IMG/VR virus record: IMGVR_UViG_3300046837_000072
Coordinates: 1 to 44,037 of that record
Origin: a virus
Taxonomy: Duplodnaviria > Caudoviricetes
Length of the DNA: 44,037 bases
Reading direction: 5' to 3' (one strand)
Position numbers and translations under genes: made by a program. The notes under the pieces were generated by a model. The model made no database searches. It was not told the DNA's origin and saw only the letters and a program-made list of their open reading frames with translations. Shown here piece by piece: positions 35,601 to 42,810 of the stretch. How positions within the stretch are numbered: position 1 is the first letter of the stretch; each line of letters starts with the position of its first letter.

Positions 35601-36037
35601 TTGTTGAGCAGATATTGGTAAGGGTCCACCTGCGCTGCGACAGATGACGGACCATACTGCACAGGCTGTTGAACGGCCGAGGCTGGTGCCCTATAGCCAG
35701 GACCGGCAGATAGCGGTGACAGTTCGGCCAGGGTCGGTGCGGACGGAATAACAGGCAGCGGCACAGGCGCTCCCTGCACAGGCTCTTCCTGCACAGGCTG
35801 CGGAGGTAACGGCGACATGCCAATGGTAGCCACAGGGGGGCCTTCATCAGCAGGAGGCGACGCCAGTGCGACTGCATGACCCAATGGAATGTGTTGATCC
35901 TCTGGAGGCAACGGCAGAGGATCAACTGCAGGAATAGGCGCTACTAATCCAGGCTGTTGCTCGTCGATGGCAAGGTTGTTCAACTCCTCAAGGTTGTTGT
36001 TGTCAGTATCGTCCGTGTAGTCATCGTCTTCAGCCAT
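29615..36037 (-). CDS. Giant internal virion/ejection protein with peptidase M15-like and SleB (Hydrolase_2)-like domains
   Basis: 2140 aa. LYRSPETQ..PGTSRHERGTAADV..DPVHVQL fits M15 SxHxxGxAxD plus a His ligand. LAASTQAEVGGQG..AYIESVMNRA is SleB-like. Confidence 0.8.
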   Translation of the reverse strand: MAEDDDYTDDTDNNNLEELNNLAIDEQQPGLVAPIPAVDPLPLPPEDQHIPLGHAVALASPPADEGPPVATIGMSPLPPQPVQEEPVQGAPVPLPVIPSAPTLAELSPLSAGPGYRAPASAVQQPVQYGPSSVAAQVDPYQYLLNKGQGLSSHNLNPVFASRLSQAIQAAEAATGSKATLTDLYRSPETQAQYYANYTGRSVSFGGVRYSPQGQGGLAAAPGTSRHERGTAADVSHGPVLDWLHQHAGQFGLEFLKGSAYARDPVHVQLAGGGGRGQPSDQQPFAEPSNVAGPGYRAPASSIRSSAQPSFEGVPVQTLAQARQAKFGTELQNPNVRRLLAASTQAEVGGQGPQAEQAYIESVMNRALSRGYSLTRAIQDSRYYPQSTMSQLGHGYGPDIQGRINNLATNALQGSNVSNFATGNESGRNRSDGANIAFNPGTGERFVHELKDLKWINSLGAYTPQMRDVGTTQPRGRQYAMLDTGIRSDASPEPYEGAQYAEINPSEMSDASPDVGEEDQTPYQMAQALSPPSRGFGLSQTLSQPNIETQNLQDYVKSLNLPASPVNLQPSSIPAQVPNFAGMAPPFHSVTVTGADGNPQTINVMDAMVDPTIGMSKGAFMAPEALDRMRRGLTPTYEETTPPNFTDEELRSMSHEAQKLYNKPGMPYTRRPLTTGEMAAIATLGLPIRAAQGFYRGAEEAQNTAMDVGGNPYAHGPVGDFNDTVGSSVPTQDSTWLGKALGIGPMGYSSLPEDRAAAAATEAAMNVVGARFPSATMETHALGMGGGGKFRYPIDPETGRFVPHDLPVRPRDPETGQFLPDEAIEAPPTQTVEPGKTGLSPVGQLLAEREAAKPELPPAPEAAVAPEPKLPPAPQLAPPKNRRMAGTNLRGLGLNPRAVAARKAAEEAAAAAKSPIDELNALKEKLPELSDIKPGAPGSVAPLPPAAATAPRKAPRVPIVAKPGTVGPAAHAPAPINAEIVPPPAPAWPPPGYVEVDPEMVRQSQLQPPPAPTPPAAPAPTSVPTTPRVSQTPPAAPPVNPNAPQFPQPTYPAVPQTSFGPGDYARIGDDQAAALTRYARRAGMDPEELRRVKETLRVFTGGQASSIANSAAAEGRAITPAVRYEASTALPEIQKYAQNHDGFNDYLHANDMLDQLQAMQRSLAKKKNPQPGVPTLHGMSEADVAQYIRDAEQQNPDFVRVRGLYRENILEMRRAMAEGEFGTITNKQHAEANAYNPNEVPQGRRDRSPGPHDANGQPIKRPDPVGSAIDFVRRGMRKRLTNEAVGQTLDALHRNPGSRGMFRPITAAELRQSPKLHYRTVTIRRRGMREHWLANSQTMADLLRMDPYHFASNSLTHLLDASRRGFVANTTGLMAPWFALTDALRNWHIGQITAGTARGGMGPGRIIPRMVMGRKLGVIPFPQLPRRPPSLLGIRQTVGLTGVPLGPGTLPYALVSQLGPRLAKYAAHSLNATSGNWLRKAFGETAANHLSTVLSNAYLRSTLAQMEARGTHTAGFLRQGENRHLQNNAIDKAIERLKQTPGTRGTMTALEGAKHTINALHSMPQFAYIQRNLRHVARQVGKEMGPGATHEQIMEETYNRLHLEANDMAGDPLITGRYYTPSGKKITYDPGDQVTGLKRYAALTAGKAAQYAWVAPNEFLRVAAPWHNMAIQGAKRFPAALRANPTEFLARSFMYGSLPSALTYWYNVSQGKDPQGVPYVDHMMNGRNEYDKAMSYYLAVPGLPAAQGIEFRSPFQELSPLKMMTEAAMDHLYGKNIWTMKQDAQAALTAFLDLAVMPPMHPIAQALFEATGVAPPANYGALLPDWMTGGLLGQNTGNVDLGGDVYMRRGDKYIDSNKEVSQRMSSVFRAIWPAMADMTLAGYNAAAHTESGLGDALTNAMKATGNLALRRTPVVGNLMGMSKPLSGNTRVTAEMMNRRKATDRIVGYFNTYGTTGVAHIDHARPLSRSGEMMATARLGKPIAPEIPGLKQKEPTNPLYLKFIQFLHARVESDSLEKGGMGYKSLWRRYSDAGKALRTMINIDPGNQVTWEKQIQARPTVMRELQNANVNWKNPIEVRNFYAYNQQHAARGINDAISEVERDMSRIYQRPIKIEDLDPYGAPTQTDLANTAAEQYQQGQGQ

Positions 36038-36089
36038 CGGAGTTGCCCCGTGTTTGAGTCAAACAGCCTGTCCTCACGAAGGTGCGGAA

Positions 36090-36572
36090 CTAGTATGCCT
36101 TCTTCTTCGAACCCATGTTCTGCTGCGCTTCTGCAAGTTCGTCTTCCGTAGACATAGGCTCGATTGACCCTTGCGACGACGGTTGGGGCGGTCCATTGCC
36201 ACTGAACGCAGCAGGTGGTACGCCACCCATGGGAGGACCACGCCTCGGCATGCCAGGGGGCATACCTCTTGGAGGCATTGGGGGCATACCACCTGCTCCT
36301 GGGGGCATGCCACCTGGCGCTCCACCGCCGCGAGGCATCATGCCACCAAGCACCATAGGCATGAATTTCTGAATGATCTGTGGAATGATCGCCGGATTGG
36401 TTGCGATCTGTTGCACCAGTTGCGGCGGTAGCATCTTCATGATCATCTGCACGATAGGCTGGGCAGTTGCTGCTAAGCCACCACCACCACCAGGCATCCC
36501 ACCGACTGGCGGACCACCTGCGGGTGGCATTCCTCGTGGGGGCATTCCTCCTCCGGGGGGCATCATTGTCAT
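36090..36572 (-). CDS. Pro/Gly/Met-rich low-complexity protein
   Basis: 160 aa with GGMPP repeats around a short helical core; AGGAG RBS. Confidence 0.7.
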   Translation of the reverse strand: MTMMPPGGGMPPRGMPPAGGPPVGGMPGGGGGLAATAQPIVQMIMKMLPPQLVQQIATNPAIIPQIIQKFMPMVLGGMMPRGGGAPGGMPPGAGGMPPMPPRGMPPGMPRRGPPMGGVPPAAFSGNGPPQPSSQGSIEPMSTEDELAEAQQNMGSKKKAY

Positions 36573-36577
36573 GGCTT

Positions 36578-36784
36578 CTACTCCTGGTTCAGTTGGTTCA
36601 TGATGGTAGTTAGTACGTGCGCTCTGTAGTCTGGCCTTATCGGAGGAGTCGCACGATCTGGTAGGCTCTTGTATGCTCCTTCCGGCGTCTTCCGTATGAA
36701 GTCACGAGCAACAGCGCCCATTTGACTCTGATCGTTCTGGTGCGCGAACATGTACCGCTGCTGCGCCTTGGATACGATTGGCAT
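36578..36784 (-). CDS. Hypothetical protein
   Basis: MPIVSKAQQRYMFAH start; GGAG RBS. Confidence 0.7.
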   Translation of the reverse strand: MPIVSKAQQRYMFAHQNDQSQMGAVARDFIRKTPEGAYKSLPDRATPPIRPDYRAHVLTTIMNQLNQE

Positions 36785-36819
36785 GGTCTATCTCCGTTTG
36801 AGTCAAACAGGGAATGGAG

Positions 36820-37950
36820 CTAGGCGAAGCTGCTCCAGTCGCCGCCACCACCAGAATCGTTCCACGACGAACTCCACGGCGAAGCGGGATCGTATTGCGT
36901 GCTCCCGTAGGTGTCGCCTTTCTGCTGGAAGTTGGTAAAGCCAGGGTTTGGGTCGTATAGTGGTGGAGAGTACGGTGCCATTCCTCCTCCTCCAGACTGA
37001 TCGACATAGCCTACACCTGGGGTAGTTCCTGGCTGGTCCTGCACTAGTCCATATTGGGGTTGCGAACCTTTGCCTCCGCCTTTGCCCAACCCAGCTAGTG
37101 CTGACGCAACACCACTCAGGTTTGGTGACTGACCATAGGCTTTGGCAAGCTCGTTGTACGCTCCACCGACCGCAGCCGCTCCTGACTGATTGGCTGACTG
37201 AATTGCAGCAGCTTGTTGACCTTCAATTGCATTGAGTTCCTGTGGCACTGTCGAATACGGAGACGGCGCACTGGACGAGCCGCCTGCCATCATTTGTTGC
37301 AATGCCTGAAGCCGTGGCAAGTAGTAGTTCTGGCGTTGTGCAACATCTTGCGCAAACTGCGGAATTGACTTCTCGTAAGCACTCAGCAGGTTCGGACCAA
37401 CACTCTGACCCTGAGCATCGTCCAGTGCCTTGATAGCTGTTGCATAGTCTGCACCACGGCCCTGGCGGAGCATCGTTCGTCCAATGGCTTGCCTATCTCC
37501 TCCGATGACATCCTGACTCGCCAACGACATCAGCGTATATAGCTGATTCTCGTCGGCTCCGCGGCTTGGTGCTTGATCGTACCGGAAGCCTGCAAGTGCC
37601 TTGTTGTAGTCAGGAACGGCTTGCAGACCGCGTTGGCGCTGTTCTTCGAGAATGAGCCTATTGCGAGTGGCGTCCTCGGTTAGCTTCTTCAGTTGCTCCT
37701 GTTCGCCTGCACCAACAATCGCCCTCTGTGTTGGTGTTAGATCAGTCTCCCAAGTGTTTGTAGCTGCATTGTAGCGTTGCTGATTGCCATAGGCGTCAGT
37801 ACGTGTCGCTGCGGCAAAACGCTGGTTCTTCGCAGCCTGTTGCTTCTGAAACTGTAGTTGCGCAAGCTGAATTGTCTGCTCCTGAGCCTGCGCGCTAGCC
37901 TGTAGACCTGCACCGACCAGGCCAACCAGTGCTCCCATGATCTCTGCCAT
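36820..37950 (-). CDS. Internal virion / DNA-ejection protein
   Basis: Gly/Ala-rich hydrophobic N-terminus (GALVGLVGAGLQASAQ) followed by Gln/Ala-rich helices. Confidence 0.6.
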   Translation of the reverse strand: MAEIMGALVGLVGAGLQASAQAQEQTIQLAQLQFQKQQAAKNQRFAAATRTDAYGNQQRYNAATNTWETDLTPTQRAIVGAGEQEQLKKLTEDATRNRLILEEQRQRGLQAVPDYNKALAGFRYDQAPSRGADENQLYTLMSLASQDVIGGDRQAIGRTMLRQGRGADYATAIKALDDAQGQSVGPNLLSAYEKSIPQFAQDVAQRQNYYLPRLQALQQMMAGGSSSAPSPYSTVPQELNAIEGQQAAAIQSANQSGAAAVGGAYNELAKAYGQSPNLSGVASALAGLGKGGGKGSQPQYGLVQDQPGTTPGVGYVDQSGGGGMAPYSPPLYDPNPGFTNFQQKGDTYGSTQYDPASPWSSSWNDSGGGGDWSSFA

Positions 37951-37951
37951 G

Positions 37952-39172
37952 TCACTGATCCTCTTCTTGGCCGTTGTTTATCGGATCGTATTGCTGGGCT
38001 GACACAGGAGGGGCTGACGGATTTGGAGCAGTTGGCGCATTGGGAGCAACTATCCCGCTAGGCCCCGTCCCAGCACCCTGAGACTGAAGCACAGGCGGTC
38101 CTGTCAAGGCTTCGTATGCGCCACTTCCCATCTTCCATAGTACATCAGGTATGAACCTTTGGATAAGTGACTGTTCCGGTACAGCAGCAGGAGCACCTGC
38201 GGGAGGCTGGTTTGTCCCCACAGGAGGCGCATTGTTCGCAGCAGGAGGCGCACCGCGAGGAGGAGGCGGATTTGCCACAGGAGGAGGCGCAGCAACAGGC
38301 GGATTCAGTGCATTGGTCGTAGCTTCAAGGTTCAGTCCACCGACGAACTTCTGAACAGCGATACGCTCAGCCGCTCCCTCCGGTGAGAATTTAGGATGCG
38401 TGAATTGCGGAACAGGGCCAGATGCTGTCATCTTCAGTGGGATGAGATGATCCATCCCTGGTATTTGCAATGCCTGCCCTCCGTTCGATAGCGTTACTAT
38501 ACCACCCTTGTTAGGATCGACAGGTGCAGCAGGCTTAGCAGACCCACCGGACGGGACCATGGGATTCAAAACGGAAGGAGCACCCGCAGGCCCTGCCACA
38601 GGAGGAGCCAGAGGATCGCCTGGCATATGGAACGGTGTCGTATTGCCTGCGCCCGGATTGACTGTAGCCCAAGGCGTACCAGAAATCATCGCAGACGGTG
38701 GCGGTCTGTAACCCTGACCACCACCGTATTGGTTAGCAGCCATGCCAGGAGCCGCACCCTGCTGGCCCGACACTGGATATGGAGGAGCCAGCCCTTGCAG
38801 TTCGGCGTATTGATTAGCACGTACCTGCTTTGCCATTTGCTCTGCTTGTAGTCGCTCCCTAATGCCTTCTGCCGAATGTGCATTGAACTGATACGATGTA
38901 CGCGCACCTGTACCTCTGCCGTACAGTCCAGCGTTGCCACCGTACGCGCCGCCGCCCTGCACTCCATATGCGGGCGCAGGGGTCGATTGGTTGTTCGCGA
39001 TGCTGGACATCTTCGCAACGCTGTAGCCTTGAGGCGCTTGCGGAATGCTCAGATCGACGTACTTGTATCCAGGAGGGGCAGGCGGATACACCTGCTTGTC
39101 CCCTCCACCGCTGCCGAAGATATTGCCGAAGGGATCACCGCGACCCCCTCCACCGACTGATGGACCAGACAT
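37952..39172 (-). CDS. Pro/Gly-rich protein in the ejection-protein cluster
   Basis: 406 aa, largely low complexity; AGGAGG RBS. Confidence 0.7.
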   Translation of the reverse strand: MSGPSVGGGGRGDPFGNIFGSGGGDKQVYPPAPPGYKYVDLSIPQAPQGYSVAKMSSIANNQSTPAPAYGVQGGGAYGGNAGLYGRGTGARTSYQFNAHSAEGIRERLQAEQMAKQVRANQYAELQGLAPPYPVSGQQGAAPGMAANQYGGGQGYRPPPSAMISGTPWATVNPGAGNTTPFHMPGDPLAPPVAGPAGAPSVLNPMVPSGGSAKPAAPVDPNKGGIVTLSNGGQALQIPGMDHLIPLKMTASGPVPQFTHPKFSPEGAAERIAVQKFVGGLNLEATTNALNPPVAAPPPVANPPPPRGAPPAANNAPPVGTNQPPAGAPAAVPEQSLIQRFIPDVLWKMGSGAYEALTGPPVLQSQGAGTGPSGIVAPNAPTAPNPSAPPVSAQQYDPINNGQEEDQ

Positions 39173-39212
39173 GGCATCCTCCTGTTTGAGTCAAACGCTC
39201 TCCTCACGGGTG

Positions 39213-40118
39213 TCAGAACACGAGTTGCGAGTCTTTGTTCTGATTCGCCTGAGCGTTTGGATCGACGACGCCAGCCTGTGCTGTAGGATCGAATGGCAGG
39301 TTCTGCGCGCCCTGGCCAGCACCGGCGATTGCAGCCAGCCCAGCGGTGTTGAACAGATTGCCGGAGCCGATCTTGCCTCGCAGTGTCGTGCCAAGGTTCG
39401 TAATGAAGTCGTTGAACTGCGTATCCGCACTGCTGCCATACGTGTTCGGGTCGAAGTTGTCGCCGAGCTTGAGCGTGGATGCCGCTGTACGTCCCTGATT
39501 CGCAATGTCGCGTAGGCTCTGCTGCTCGCCAGCAACTGTGGTGGTGCCGATTTCGTTCAGCTTCGCCAGCACGCCAGGGTTCTGACGGTCAAGTTCCGCT
39601 TCAGCCGCTGTCTGTCCCGATGGGGTGATGACACCACGCGAGAGCATGTTTTGAATGATTGCATCTGCGCTCTGGCGTTGTTCAGCATCGATACCTGTCG
39701 TGTATGGACTGATGGTCTGCATGTTGACGCGTGTTGTATCGAAGTTCCCAGGGAACAACTTGTCGAGTTGCGCATTTGCTTTGGCCTGGGCGCCAGAAGT
39801 CTCTGTGTTATAGATGCGCGCACCAACGTCCTGGAATGCTGCGCCAGGATTCGGATCGGTCGGCGAAATGCCAGCAAGGATACTGGAAATTTGCGAATCG
39901 ATGTCGGTTGCGTATTGTCCAGGATCAAGACCCTGCTGCTGGAAGTAGTCTCTGGCAGACGCAGTACCGCCCGCTGCTGAGCTAGTACGGAGAGCCAACA
40001 GATCGGCCTTGTCTTGTGCAGCCTTTGCAGTAGCTGCATCTTGTGCCTTCTGTGCAGCCGCTTCCTGCATTTGCTCGACCTGTACGCTATTGTCTGGAGG
40101 CATGCTGGGTGACGACAT
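39213..40118 (-). CDS. Putative internal virion protein
   Basis: 301 aa from MSSPSMPP, Ala/Gln-rich helical, following the GNAT-like gene. Confidence 0.6.
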   Translation of the reverse strand: MSSPSMPPDNSVQVEQMQEAAAQKAQDAATAKAAQDKADLLALRTSSAAGGTASARDYFQQQGLDPGQYATDIDSQISSILAGISPTDPNPGAAFQDVGARIYNTETSGAQAKANAQLDKLFPGNFDTTRVNMQTISPYTTGIDAEQRQSADAIIQNMLSRGVITPSGQTAAEAELDRQNPGVLAKLNEIGTTTVAGEQQSLRDIANQGRTAASTLKLGDNFDPNTYGSSADTQFNDFITNLGTTLRGKIGSGNLFNTAGLAAIAGAGQGAQNLPFDPTAQAGVVDPNAQANQNKDSQLVF

Positions 40119-40119
40119 T

Positions 40120-40635
40120 TCATTTGCTCCTCTGCTTGTCCTCGCGAAGGCGGGGACGGTAGTGGTACAGTTTCCCGATTGATTCAAAACCGATACTCTT
40201 GATTAGCCTGTCCATTCCTTCATCGTTCCCTCCTCCGGTGTACGTCGCTCCTATAATTGTCGCCTTGCGCGCGAGTGCCCAATTAAGATACGCACGCATG
40301 AGCTTCAAAGCATTCGGTAGCGTACGCCACTCTGGCAGTATGAAGAAAAACACATCGTTTGTTGCTCGATCCCACGAGAATGCCATCGTCACACAGTAGG
40401 CACCGATGCCACCAACTATCTCCCCTACGTCGTTCACCAACAGAAACGTCACGAAGTAACCATCGTTATTGACGTTCTGCTCCAACAGGGTCGTGACACG
40501 ACTGCGATCAACAACCACTCCAGCGTAGTTCTGAAGTTTTGGCACTTCGCGCACAGCAACCTCGACTATGTATGGAATGTCACCCATCCCATAGCGCCGT
40601 AAGGTAGTGCTTTTGTCTCGTGTTCTTGACGGCAT
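40120..40635 (-). CDS. GNAT-fold acetyltransferase-like protein (start may be 40587)
   Basis: GEIVGGIGA..DVFFFILPEWR..LMRAYLNWA..LIKSIGFESIG. Its position before the ejection genes is typical of podoviruses. Confidence 0.7.
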   Translation of the reverse strand: MPSRTRDKSTTLRRYGMGDIPYIVEVAVREVPKLQNYAGVVVDRSRVTTLLEQNVNNDGYFVTFLLVNDVGEIVGGIGAYCVTMAFSWDRATNDVFFFILPEWRTLPNALKLMRAYLNWALARKATIIGATYTGGGNDEGMDRLIKSIGFESIGKLYHYRPRLREDKQRSK

Positions 40636-40640
40636 CTCAC

Positions 40641-40877
40641 TTACCTGTGTTTGGTCTGCTCAATAGCCCGGCGTATTTCGTCACAAGTCTCTGTTACCGT
40701 CACGTATTTGCCGTCTGAAGTGCTGACCATGCAACGAACCCCCTCGGTGAAATGTTTGTTGCTCTTGCTCGACGGCGCTGCACGCATGCTAGTGATCGAT
40801 GGTGCATTGATGTCAATCTCCTCTCCCGCCAAGCCATGCAGGACAATGATCACCGTTGAACCGGCGAGAATAGTCAT
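40641..40877 (-). CDS. FlbD-like small protein
   Basis: IVLHGLAGEEIDINAPSITSM...VSTSDGKYVTVTETCDEIRRAI resembles the FlbD family pattern. Confidence 0.5.
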   Translation of the reverse strand: MTILAGSTVIIVLHGLAGEEIDINAPSITSMRAAPSSKSNKHFTEGVRCMVSTSDGKYVTVTETCDEIRRAIEQTKHR

Positions 40878-40942
40878 GTCCGCAGCCCTGTTTCCCGCCC
40901 CCCACCTTCGTGAGGGCTTGCTTCGCGAGAATGAAGTTTGAC

Positions 40943-42751
40943 TCAAACAGATTCCAGCACTTCGATACGCGCCTTCAATTCCTTCACCGCATTCACCAGT
41001 GCGAAAATCAGCGGCGTAGTGTCTAGTACACGCATATCATCGACCGGCACACCGTCAATGTAGGCATTGGTCAGCGTGACCATCTCTGGGAGCACAGCCT
41101 CGACTTCTTGCGCGATCAAACCAGCAAATTTTCGTTCATCAGCCGCCGATTGAGCATGACTGCTGTTTGGATAAGGTGCCGTCTTCGTGGCATCCGGTGC
41201 GTCCTGTGTGTCATTGCCCTTGTATGTGTAGATAACAGGTTGCAATTTGGCAATATCGTCGAGGCCACGCTTGTACTCGCCTTGCACGTTTTTGATGCGA
41301 ATGTCGGAACTGTCAGCCCACGCACCACCACCAGGCTTGTAGCCATTGAAGTTCGCCGTGACGTTGCCGGTCGTGATGTTGGCGGCTGAGAGATTGTATG
41401 CGATTGTTACCAGCGCAGTTGCTCGATTGATGCTCAACGGCGAATCGATAAGTGTCCCGGCATCGCTGCCGCGATAAAGCACAAAGTTGCTGCCAGCATT
41501 AGCGCCGGTTTCGGCAGCGGCGTCGCCCAATCGCATAAGCCATCTCATGCTGGCGCCGGTTTGCCCGTACAGATCGGCACCGAACCCGGCCGCTCGTATC
41601 AATGCCAGCGAAGCGTTGCTGCCTGCGATGTTGATCGACAGCGCCCCGGTCATGGTATCGCCGGCCTTGCTGACCCGCGATGTGTCACTTGGATGAATAT
41701 GCGCTCCATCTGCCCATTTTCCACTCGCTCCAATCGCTGCAGCACCGTCCATTACTGGCGCAACAGTTGCAACCACAGGCATCGCCGCAGTTACTTGCGC
41801 CGCTGTCTGATAACCAAGTGGATTACTTGCAGCATACCTTGACGTATCGGTCGGATGGACATGATCCTCACGCGTATAGGATGGCGACACTCCTACAACG
41901 CCTGGCGTCGCATCCATCAACGGCATAGCGCCGCTAGGTGGAGGTATACTCCCGCCGCCGGTCACGTTTACTATAGCATTTTGCACAAATGCAGTCGTGG
42001 CTAGCTTTGTCGTAGCATCTATCATCGACGCTACTGTAGGTGCTGTCGGTACACCAGTAAACGCAGGACTATTCAGTGGCGCTCGCGATGTATCAGTTGG
42101 ATGTACATGGTCGCCACGCGAGAGCTTTTGCAACACGCCCGCCGTAGCAATACCGTCCATTGCAGGAGATGCATTAGAACCAACAACAACTTCGTCAATA
42201 GCAGTTTGCACATTGGTAGCCACCAGATGGCTTACTGCATTGCTGTAGCCAATGCCAGAGGCCGTCTGAGGCGATAAGCTGTTGTATGTGAATCCCCAAT
42301 AGGCAGCATCGTCATTGATCGTACCAGCAGCATTGCTGACATGCTTGGTCGCACATACTGCCTGAATGTTCCGACCTGCCGTTGTGTCGTACACCATATC
42401 ACCAGGGTTGTACGCAGTATTGTTCAGCCACTGCCCTCGCACTTTGAACGAGAGCATGATTGCATTCCAGTATGTCGGATGAGCCGCTCGATCCTGCGCA
42501 AACGTCGTCGGCGATGCAGCACTCGTATGCGAAGTTACGCACACCCATGTCGAGCTATCGACTGAATCAATTACCTGAAGGCCCAGATTGTACTGGTACG
42601 AGTTCTGCCATATCGACGTGCCATTGCTCGCCGCCTGACCATACATCAAGGAATCGATAGCATCGAACGAGTCCCAGATGCCCTGAATCCAAGGCTCAGA
42701 CATGAAGTCGGTCTTTGGGAACCGATAGTTCTTGGTGTATGTAAGTGTCAT
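40943..42751 (-). CDS. Tail fibre with C-terminal intramolecular chaperone (peptidase S74)
   Basis: SDIRIKN..LQPVIYTYK..GLIAQEVEAVLPEMV..LVNAVKELKARIEVLE. It has three H(V/I)HP(T/S)DTSR repeats and two CBM5/12-like N-terminal repeats. Confidence 0.88.
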   Translation of the reverse strand: MTLTYTKNYRFPKTDFMSEPWIQGIWDSFDAIDSLMYGQAASNGTSIWQNSYQYNLGLQVIDSVDSSTWVCVTSHTSAASPTTFAQDRAAHPTYWNAIMLSFKVRGQWLNNTAYNPGDMVYDTTAGRNIQAVCATKHVSNAAGTINDDAAYWGFTYNSLSPQTASGIGYSNAVSHLVATNVQTAIDEVVVGSNASPAMDGIATAGVLQKLSRGDHVHPTDTSRAPLNSPAFTGVPTAPTVASMIDATTKLATTAFVQNAIVNVTGGGSIPPPSGAMPLMDATPGVVGVSPSYTREDHVHPTDTSRYAASNPLGYQTAAQVTAAMPVVATVAPVMDGAAAIGASGKWADGAHIHPSDTSRVSKAGDTMTGALSINIAGSNASLALIRAAGFGADLYGQTGASMRWLMRLGDAAAETGANAGSNFVLYRGSDAGTLIDSPLSINRATALVTIAYNLSAANITTGNVTANFNGYKPGGGAWADSSDIRIKNVQGEYKRGLDDIAKLQPVIYTYKGNDTQDAPDATKTAPYPNSSHAQSAADERKFAGLIAQEVEAVLPEMVTLTNAYIDGVPVDDMRVLDTTPLIFALVNAVKELKARIEVLESV

Positions 42752-42810
42752 GGACCTACCTCACGAATGGCTGTTTGAGTCAAACGTTCTCCTCGACCAC
42801 GATCGGGGAG

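Larger units (their letters stand above)
7373..42809. repeat. Dispersed hairpin motif B, TCCTCGC-GAAG-GCGGGGA and variants
   Basis: Exact or near-exact copies at 7373 (minus), 15013, 15454, 16938, 23988, 34436, 40139. Variants at 15277, 15614, 17882, 20435, 36071, 40899 (minus). Longer-loop variants at 11060 and 42790. Confidence 0.9.

Noticed and set aside
24203-40635. DUF1778-like RHH plus GNAT as a TacAT-type toxin-antitoxin pair
   Set aside because: The genes are about 16 kb apart on opposite strands. The GNAT sits where podoviruses commonly have one.
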